Shown piece after piece: positions 54,210 to 64,000 of a DNA stretch of 64,000 nt. The stretch covers positions 56,359,276 through 56,423,275 of the forward strand of contig NC_068995.1 of the NCBI RefSeq assembly GCF_001194135.2. Direction: 5' to 3'. The stretch's first letter is position 1. Each line of letters opens with the position of its first letter. The notes under the pieces are model-generated. The model saw only the letters and a program-made list of their open reading frames with translations, did not search any database and was not told where the DNA came from. The DNA is from Octopus bimaculoides (Eukaryota). The position numbers and the translations under genes are program-made.

Positions 54210-55045
54210 ATGCATATCCATATATCTATATATATATTTATACACATATCCAATATCCATATATCTATCTATCTATCTATCTATATACACCCACATCCAT
54301 ATATACACACACAGACACACAGATATATATACATACATATATCCATGTATATATATATATATATCTACATACATACATGTGTGTATGTGTGTGTGTGTGC
54401 TTGTCAACATATTTTTCTATACATGTCTATGTATTCCAGCTTCTTTGTATGTATGACAGTAAAATACATGTATATTGTATAAATATTTGCATTTATATAT
54501 GACTGTGAATGTGTGCGTACGTGTGTGCATATCAACGAAAATATACAAACATATAACTACAACACAACCACAAGTAGCTTACATCACATATACATATACA
54601 CAGGTTGATATCTGCTATTATCATCGTTATCATGGTTATTATCAGCAACATCATCATCACCATTATTGTTATTATTATTATTGGTTCCTCAAATTATTAC
54701 CTATCATAATTCTCACATATAAATAAAAATCAGTAATACTTTGTTGAGATTGCAAAAGGAAGAGAATTACCATGAATTGTGTAGCAATTTCAAAAACAGC
54801 TGATTAAGTATTGACTGGTGAATCTAATAGAGGAGAGATTCAATTTTTAATGAACGACATAGTAATTGGGTTGACAAGGAGGAGCTGATCTCTGCCAGTT
54901 CTATATTGAAGTCTTGTTAGATTCATAGACTTGATAACATGTATGTTCATTTCGAGACTGTACTTTTTCTATGTGCAAAGATGGTTTCTCCTCGTTCCTA
55001 TATAACTATCTATGTACATAATTATGCTGTGTCATTTATGATATT

Positions 55046-55096
<51 letters not shown>

Positions 55097-55607
55097 NNNN
55101 NNNNNNNNNNNNNNNNNNNNNNNNNNNNNNNNNNNNNNNNNNNNNNNNNNNNNNNNNNNNNNNNNNNNNNNNNNNNNNNNNNNNNNNNNNNNNNNNNNNN
55201 NNNNNNNNNNNNNNNNNNNNNNNNNNNNNNNNNNNNNNNNNNNNNNNNNNNNNNNNNNNNNNNNNNNNNNNNNNNNNNNNNNNNNNNNNNNNNNNNNNNN
55301 NNNNNNNNNNNNNNNNNNNNNNNNNNNNNNNNNNNNNNNNNNNNNNNNNNNNNNNNNNNNNNNNNNNNNNNNNNNNNNNNNNNNNNNNNNNNNNNNNNNN
55401 NNNNNNNNNNNNNNNNNNNNNNNNNNNNNNNNNNNNNNNNNNNNNNNNNNNNNNNNNNNNNNNNNNNNNNNNNNNNNNNNNNNNNNNNNNNNNNNNNNNN
55501 NNNNNNNNNNNNNNNNNNNNNNNNNNNNNNNNNNNNNNNNNNNNNNNNNNNNNNNNNNNNNNNNNNNNNNNNNNNNNNNNNNNNNNNNNNNNNNNNNNNN
55601 NNNNNNN

Positions 55608-55648
<41 letters not shown>

Positions 55649-56240
55649 AATGCATATATGTATTCAAATATTTACAACTATAAATATGTGCATATATATG
55701 GACACAAATTTAAATTTACAGTACATGTGTGTGCTACACATGTTGATGCATGTGTGCTTGTGTATGTAAAATATATTCAGTTGCATTTGTGTGTGTGTGT
55801 GTGTGTCCATATGCGTCTGTGTGTGTCCGTGTCTGTATAAGCTTACATATATATACACATGCTGTGCTTGAGAAGACCCATCAAGCCAAGTAATATGGTA
55901 GTCATGGCTGATGATGGTGTCATGTGCCAGTGGCACATAAAGAGCACCTTTCGAGCATTGGGCCTCATGGAAGCAAAGTGGCTGAGTACCTTTTGATTGT
56001 TGGGCTTCACAGAGGCAATGACCGAGACATTTGGCATTATGTCGTGCTTGAGAAGACCCATCAAGCCAAGCNNNNNNNNNNNNNNNNNNNNNNNNNNNNN
56101 NNNNNNNNNNNNNNNNNNNNNNNNNNNNNNNNNNNNNNNNNNNNNNNNNNNNNNNNNNNNNNNNNNNNNNNNNNNNNNNNNNNNNNNNNNNNNNNNNNNN
56201 NNNNNNNNNNNNNNNNNNNNNNNNNNNNNNNNNNNNNNNT

Positions 56241-56700
56241 GTGCTTGAGAAGACCCATCAAGCCAAGTAATATGGTAGTCATGGCTGATGATGGTGTCAT
56301 GTGCCAGTGGCACATAAAGAGCACCTTTCGAGCATTGGGCCTCATGGAAGCAAAGTGGCTGAGTACCTTTTGATTGTTGGGCTTCACAGAGGCAATGACC
56401 GAGACATTTGGCATTATGTCGTGCTTGAGAAGACCCATCAAGCCAAGCCAAGCAAAATTGCAGTTGTCACAGATACGGGTGTGATGCAAATGGCACCCAT
56501 GCTGGTGGTATGTAAAAGCACGCACCCATTACACTTTCAGAGTGGTTGGCATTAGGAAGGGTATGCAGCCGTAGAAAACCATGCCAAATCAGACTTGAGT
56601 TTTGTGCAACCTTCTAGCTTACCAGCCCTGATCAAACTGTCCAACCCATACCAGCATGGACAACAGACGTTAAATGATGATGATGATGATGATGATGATG
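56241..56700 (+). mobile_element. RTE-type LINE 3' end with ORF2 terminus
   Basis: LGFTEAMT...RDIWHYVVLEKTHQAK ORF2 end, 3' UTR with ccagcatggacaacagacgttaaat and (GAT)n; 55863-56071 is an identical copy across an N-gap. Confidence 0.8.
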
Positions 56701-56825
56701 GTATATAGTTGGTGCAGACATAGCTGTGTGGTTTGGAAGTTCATTTTGCAACCACTTGGTTTTGGATCCATATAAGTGGTTGTTATAATGATAATAATAA
56801 CTGACTTACACACACACATGCACAT

Positions 56826-56990
56826 GATGGGCTTCTTTCAGTTTCTGTCTTTCAAACCAACTTGCAAGGTTTTTTATTGACCTGCGGCTCCAGTACAAAA
56901 CACATGTTCAAGATGCTACACAGTAGGAGTGAACCTAGAAGCATGTAGTTGGGAAGCAAGCTTCTCAACCTCACAGCCACACCTGCACAG
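56826..56990 (-). mobile_element. SINE family A head and centre
   Basis: gggcttctttcagtttctgtc...aacctagaagcatgtagttgggaagcaagcttctcaacctcacagccacacctgcac. Confidence 0.75.
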
Positions 56991-57119
56991 AATTGAAAAT
57001 GATGAGGATGATAATGATTGAGTTTTATTTCATAATCTAAACCTACAAAGAACAAATATGAAAGCTGCATTCAACATCCTTCTCGAAGCACATGCATACA
57101 TGCACATTTCCACAGAATT

Positions 57120-57159
<40 letters not shown>

Positions 57160-57856
57160 CTTCTGACAATGTTCTTCATAAATAAGTTATCTATTTCATT
57201 ATCTAAATCCAGCACTTTCACTCTCATACAGATAAATTAGTTGCTCCATGCAAAATGAACCGAACTCACTTCCTTTGCCACTAAACACCATTTCTTAATA
57301 TAAGAAGTAGCAAGGAAAGATGATTCCTTTATCACTTGATTGGTGTGATTAGCAACTGGCTGGAATTACAGAAAAATTATATTTGATTAAGCCAACACAT
57401 ATTCCTTAAGTGCTGTAAGAACACCTAACTTGGTAAGGTTTTCAATTGACACCCATCTGAGAGTGTTTCTGCGTCAATGTATGTGTGTATATGTGTGTAT
57501 ATGTGTATGAGAGAGAGACAGTGAGAGAGAGAGAGAGAGAGAAAGTGTGTGTATGTGTAAAGAGGGGTGTGTGGAGAACATGTTAATTGTTATGAAAGAA
57601 GTTATATCTTACAACAATGACTGTAGAAGAGTAGAACAGACAGAACAATAGATGAAGAGTGTTAAGAAAGGAAAGGAGAAAGAAAAGAAGGATTAATAGA
57701 GATAGAGAGATAGACAGACAGATTGGCACACACACACGTTATGTGTATGTGTATTATGATATTTATATATATATATATAAAGTACAGATAATGAATGAAA
57801 TATGATGCATATATATGTACACACATATATTATGTGCATCTGTGTGTGTGTGTGTG

Positions 57857-57889
<33 letters not shown>

Positions 57890-57963
57890 TATGTATACAT
57901 ACAGAGAGAAAGAGAGACAGATGAACAGACAAAAAGATAAGCTGACAGACAGATACATACAAA

Positions 57964-57966
<3 letters not shown>

Positions 57967-58030
<64 letters not shown>
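57967..58030 (+). repeat. (GA)n microsatellite
   Basis: About 31 near-perfect GA units; source of the RERE ORF. Confidence 0.95.
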
Positions 58031-58036
<6 letters not shown>

Positions 58037-58670
58037 GTAAAAGACAGAGAAAGAGAGAGAGAGGTGGAGACTTACATCTGTTTACATATATAACAACTCA
58101 TCTAGATCTACTTGAACATTTCTCATTCAAAGGAAAAGGTGTTAAGATTTGCTGTGAAAATATCTCTTTCTTGAAGTTAGTCAAAGAACTAGCCATATTT
58201 AATTCAATATGGTATCTCTTAATACATTCTTCGAATTTGAGGTGAAGAAATTTACTTGTAACTTTTCTGATATCTTGGTAAGAAGAAATATTCATGATAT
58301 ACCTCTTTCACACATAACATCAGGTCATCTTTGTTTCTTCACCAACAAAAAAATGTAAAGAAAGAAAGTTATAACTTCTTACAGCTTACGTTTTCTGTGT
58401 AAATAATTGCTTTTAATTGTATTCATACTGTTTGCAATAAAAGTGTGTATTTGTGTGGCTGAGTGTGTGGTGTGGTGCTAACTTATTAGCTACACACAGT
58501 GAAAACCCAATGGAAATAATAACATTCATGTAGGATGTGCGAGCAAATGTTTAAAATATGGGGCATATGTGTAGACTGTGCATATATGTGTGTATACACG
58601 TGCGAGTAGTGTGTTTTATTGTGTGAATGTGCGTTTCAGTATGCACCATGTCTAGAATGAACACGTTGTT

Positions 58671-58893
58671 TTAACGTCTACTTTCCCATGTTTGCATGGG
58701 TCAGAAGGAATTTGTTGAGGCAGATATTTTGCCTGGAAACAGATGAGGCCAGGCACCTGTCACCAGCCCTCACCTGTTTGCAAGCAGCGTAACATTTCCC
58801 ATGGTCAGACATGTTGTTCACTGAAGAATGGAAATCAACAACCTTGCTTGTATGAGGGTGGTACTCGTTTACAACAGTCACATGATGTCAAGT
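58671..58893 (-). mobile_element. SINE tail type E (RTE-like 3' end)
   Basis: ttaacgtctactttcccatgtttgcatgggtcagaaggaatttgttgaggcag...caccagccctcacctgtttgc...tttacaacagtcacatgatgtcaag. Confidence 0.75.
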
Positions 58894-59354
58894 CAGGCAT
58901 AGACACATATGCACACAGAGTAAAATAAAGGGGATCAAATAGATTATGGCAGATTAACTTAGGAGCATCCCTCTGTCTCTTTGGTTAAAAACATCACACA
59001 GAAAAATTCCAAATAATCAGCTGATCAATTTAGCTCCCATACAGAGTTATTCACTGGTCCTGAGTATTCTACAAATCTGTGTATAGATATCAAAGCTATA
59101 ATTGGTATAATACAGTGTAATATTTAGCAAATATAAGCAACAGGACACTTTCAAACATCATTACACATGCTTCAGCAGCATTTTGTTCTCTAATACATAA
59201 TGTAATGCATTTATATTGAGAATAATCTATGCCATTGAAACACATGATGTTTTGAACTATTCATTCACCTTTGCCTGTTATATATATATGTGTGTGTGTG
59301 TGTCTGTGTGTGTATGTATGTGTGTGTCTGTGTGTGTGTATATAATATATATCA

Positions 59355-59670
59355 GTGCCACTGACTGATACTAGGTGCCACCTGACTGGCACCGGTGCTA
59401 GTGGCACATGAAAAGCACCATTCAAGCATGGCCAATGCCAGTGTCGCTTGACTGGCACCCATGCTGGTGGCACGTAAAAAGCACCCACTACACTCTCAGA
59501 GTGATTGGCACTAAGAAGGGCATCCGGCTGTAGAAACATTGCCAGATCAGATTGAAGCCTGGTACAGCTTTCTGGTTTGCAAGCCCTCAATCAAACCATC
59601 CAACCCATGCCAGCATGGAAAACAGGCGTTAAACGATGATGATTATGATGATGATGATGATGGTGATGAT
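59355..59670 (+). mobile_element. RTE-type LINE 3' end
   Basis: Two ggcac-(a/g)tgaaaagcacc-type motifs, then aagggcatccggctgtagaaac...cccatgccagcatggaaaacaggcgttaaacgatgatgat. Confidence 0.8.
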
Positions 59671-59694
59671 GATATATATATATATATATGTATG

Positions 59695-59725
<31 letters not shown>

Positions 59726-59961
59726 ANNNNNNNNNNNNNNNNNNNNNNNNNNNNNNNNNNNNNNNNNNNNNNNNNNNNNNNNNNNNNNNNNNNNNNNNNN
59801 NNNNNNNNNNNNNNNNNNNNNNNNNNNNNNNNNNNNNNNNNNNNNNNNNNNNNNNNNNNNNNNNNNNNNNNNNNNNNNNNNNNNNNNNNNNNNNNNNNNN
59901 NNNNNNNNNNNNNNNNNNNNNNNNNNNNNNNNNNNNNNNNNNNNNNNNNNNNNNNNNNNNN

Positions 59962-60023
<62 letters not shown>

Positions 60024-60125
60024 AATGGGCTTCTTTCAGTTTCCATCAGCCAAATCCACTCCCAAGGCCTTGGACAGCCCAAGGTGCTGCGCAGTGGGAC
60101 TGAACCCATAACCACATAGTTGGGA
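60024..60125 (-). mobile_element. SINE family A, partial
   Basis: gggcttctttcagtttccatcagccaaatccactcccaaggcc...gcgcagtgggactgaacccataaccacatagttgggaa. Confidence 0.75.
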
Positions 60126-60196
60126 AACATTATGTATATAAATGCACACATACATACTCATAGATATATAGGTGTACACTTATATATACACATGAA

Positions 60197-60245
<49 letters not shown>

Positions 60246-61644
60246 CTCTATATATATATATACTTATACACACACACACTCACACACAAACATACAACTA
60301 TGTATGCACACACATCCACATATGTAGATAGCATATATCAAAGCTGCAACAGATCAAGTTGAAAGCACCAAGCACCTGATGATTGATGAAAAATGGAATC
60401 AAAGTTATCAACCACATGACCAATCAAAGGTGACGTCCAAGAATTTTAAATATGCTAACTACCATTATATTATATTGAAATCACTGATAAGTACCAGTGA
60501 CTATTAAATTCTTAAAACCGAACCTATGTTTGGAGAGTTGCTCTAGTGCAAAACAACTGAACCGAAACTAGCAGAGGAAAAAAAAAATGTTGAAAACTAG
60601 CAATAATTAGACCTGCTAGTGAGTACCTCTCCCCCCACCCCACATACACACACATATGTGAACTCACCTACATAGAATCATCTGGGTTCTTCCAATGTTA
60701 ATAATAACTCTATTTAATGGTAGGTAGTTGAGTACCACAACCGAAGACACCATGAATGTGTGTGTGTCTGTTAGTATTAATATACAAGATGACCAATGTC
60801 TCCACTCATGATTTTGTATATATAATATAAGCAGAAAATTGTAATGTAATTGAGAAAATAAATTGCAAAAATATGGTGCTCACGCCTGTCCAAAGACTTA
60901 CCATTTAAGAAGTAAGTATTCGTATCAGCTAAGAATCAAAAACCAGAATATGGATTCCATTTAGATATAATTTATGACAGCAATATTATCCAAACACACA
61001 TAAATATATGTTTTCTTCTTAATTAGGCATGAAACATTTGGAAAAGCAATTAGAGTTGAATTCCTTTCTACAAGACAATGAATTATCTGTGACTGAATGC
61101 TGGCTCACAAACCATAAGCCAGAAGACTTATATAGCTTATCTACTCAGCCTTTGCACCATATACAAATAAATATAATATTAACAAACACTCAGTACTAGA
61201 ATAGAGGGAGTGTGTGTGTGTGGGAAGGGATAGAGAGGTTGTGAATGCTATTAAGTGATGGAATTAATAATTGCCGAGAGACATTGCAGCAAGCGATCTG
61301 GACTTGCCATGAAAATAGGTTATACATCTCTGGTAAATCAGACCTAGTTCTGAGAGTGCTTTTATTTATTTATTCATTTACTTTTTGCATATAAGTGGAA
61401 GAGGAATTTTAGGGGATATCATAACAGTTATCAAAAGTAAGAGGGTGTTTATGCTAATGGAAGTGAATCTGAATAATTAATAATTAAATTAAGTGCAAAT
61501 TACCCATGTTTTTCTGTGTATTTATATTCCAGGAACTTGGTACATTCTTGTGTGTTTCTACAAAATGATCTGTGCATGTGTGTATGTGCATTAATGTACA
61601 TGCACACATATATATATGTATGTGTGTGTATATATGCATGTGTT

Positions 61645-61710
<66 letters not shown>

Positions 61711-62670
61711 CATACATACACATACATATCTACATTATATATATACATCATNNNNNNNNNNNNNNNNNNNNNNNNNNNNNNNNNNNNNNNNNNNNNNNNN
61801 NNNNNNNNNNNNNNNNNNNNNNNNNNNNNNNNNNNNNNNNNNNNNNNNNNNNNNNNNNNNNNNNNNNNNNNNNNNNNNNNNNNNNNNNNNNNNNNNNNNN
61901 NNNNNNNNNNNNNNNNNNNNNNNNNNNNNNNNNNNNNNNNNNNNNNNNNNNNNNNNNNNNNNNNNNNNNNNNNNNNNNNNNNNNNNNNNNNNNNNNNNNN
62001 NNNNNNNNNNNNNNNNNNNNNNNNNNNNNNNNNNNNNNNNNNNNNNNNNNNNNNNNNNNNNNNNNNNNNNNNNNNNNNNNNNNNNNNNNNNNNNNNNNNN
62101 NNNNNNNNNNNNNNNNNNNNNNNNNNNNNNNNNNNNNNNNNNNNNNNNNNNNNNNNNNNNNNNNNNNNNNNNNNNNNNNNNNNNNNNNNNNNNNNNNNNN
62201 NNNNNNNNNNNNNNNNNNNNNNNNNNNNNNNNNNNNNNNNNNNNNNNNNNNNNNNNNNNNNNNNNNNNNNNNNNNNNNNNNNNNNNNNNNNNNNNNNNNN
62301 NNNNNNNNNNNNNNNNNNNNNNNNNNNNNNNNNNNNNNNNNNNNNNNNNNNNNNNNNNNNNNNNNNNNNNNNNNNNNNNNNNNNNNNNNNNNNNNNNNNN
62401 NNNNNNNNNNNNNNNNNNNNNNNNNNNNNNNNNNNNNNNNNNNNNNNNNNNNNNNNNNNNNNNNNNNNNNNNNNNNNNNNNNNNNNNNNNNNNNNNNNNN
62501 NNNNNNNNNNNNNNNNNNNNNNNNNNNNNNNNNNNNNNNNNNNNNNNNNNNNNNNNNNNNNNNNNNNNNNNNNNNNNNNNNNNNNNNNNNNNNNNNNNNN
62601 NNNNNNNNNNNNNNNNNNNNNNNNNNNNNNNNNNNNNNNNNNNNNTATATATATATATATATATATATAC

Positions 62671-62721
<51 letters not shown>

Positions 62722-63298
62722 GCGAAAGAGAGAGAGAGAGATAAATACATATGATTATTAGTTTATGTTAGTTTTAATCTTATCGCGCCAATCCACTCCG
62801 ACAATTGCTCTGATGCAATAAGAACGTAAAACAGCCATCTATATTTTTATGACTGCAATAACAACCACAACTACAGCAACACATTTTGATGAATATTCTA
62901 TTATTTTTGCCCTATTCCATAACTGAAGCTGTACAGCAGTTACTAATGAAATCAGGCAGAATGTGTGTTTACAAAGATAAAGATAGCTACAACATCAGCT
63001 TCCTAGAAGGAGGGGGAGGGGTGGCAGGTGGGGTTTAACAATTTTTTTTTCTTCATAAAAATAAACCTGTAGCACTGTAAGTATATTTACAACTACATTT
63101 TCCTAATTTCCATTTCTCTTGGATTACTTCAAGTATTGCTTGATACAAGCAGCATTCTTTAAGGGCTTATTATATGTTTGTGTGTGTGTGTCTCTCTCAC
63201 TCTCACTCTCTCTCTCTCTCTCTATATATATATATCTATATATATATATATATATAGATAGATAGATAGATAGATATCATAAAATATAAATATGTAAA

Positions 63299-63353
<55 letters not shown>

Positions 63354-63958
63354 GTATATTTTATATATATACATATTTATATATATAAATAGATATATAT
63401 ATATTTATATATTAATATATATATATATTTATATATGTAAAATACATATAAGCATATAAAATAAATATATAAATATACATAATATATATATATATATTTG
63501 CATGTAAGTATATACATGTGCATATGTGTATCTGTATGTATATATGTATGTGTACATATACATAGGTTACATGTGTGTGTGTGTATATATATACATATAT
63601 ANNNNNNNNNNATGCTAGCATGGGTTGGACAATTTGACGTGCATTTATGTATACACATACACGTATCTATTCATAACTCCACATAGACTTTATGAAATTT
63701 GTATCTGCCTCTCTCTGTATATATAGGCAACACTTGTGAATAGTTTCTCTGCAAATTGGTAAACTTAAAAACATCAACTTACTACTCTACTCATATAATC
63801 AGAAATGTATAGACACATCAACGTTGATAGTGATATGAAGAGAGAGAGAAGAGTCATTGAGGAAGCAGCTACGAGATGGGAAATAGGCAAGTTGGGAGAA
63901 AAGATATATACATACATATATATATATACACACATATATATACATATATATATATATA

Positions 63959-64000
<42 letters not shown>

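Noticed and set aside
55863-56448. Apparent recent tandem duplication of about 209 bp around an N-gap
   Set aside because: 55863-56071 appears identical to 56240-56448 and both end exactly at contig edges. This is the signature of an unmerged contig overlap, so most likely an assembly artefact; long reads would settle it.
60415-60440. ccaatc plus tgacgtc (CAAT-box and CRE-like) pair
   Set aside because: Short motifs with no associated TSS, exon or conservation evidence.

Overview
Strongly AT-rich, gene-poor eukaryotic DNA from a gapped assembly: 12 N-runs totalling about 4.8 kb, most bordered by (TA)n or homopolymer tracts. Microsatellite density and the repeat families point to an octopus (coleoid cephalopod) genome; this is an inference, not a database result. 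I found no intact protein-coding gene, rRNA, tRNA or CRISPR array. Nearly all of the supplied ORF track is artefact from microsatellites and N-runs. The recognisable content is: (i) about 20 copies or fragments of two tRNA-headed SINE families, one built as head + internal microsatellite + one of two alternative 3' tails; (ii) degraded LINE relics, namely RTE-type endonuclease/linker, C-terminal and 3' UTR pieces and an R4/Dong-like RT split by a SINE; (iii) a mariner transposase relic and two TTAA-bounded piggyBac-type MITEs; (iv) three fold-back structures at 11.4, 13.2-13.5 and 51.0-51.3 kb; (v) a few weak, unconnected exon candidates. The best leads are the modular SINE architecture and the long hairpins. 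I see no firm evidence of a novel multi-gene system.
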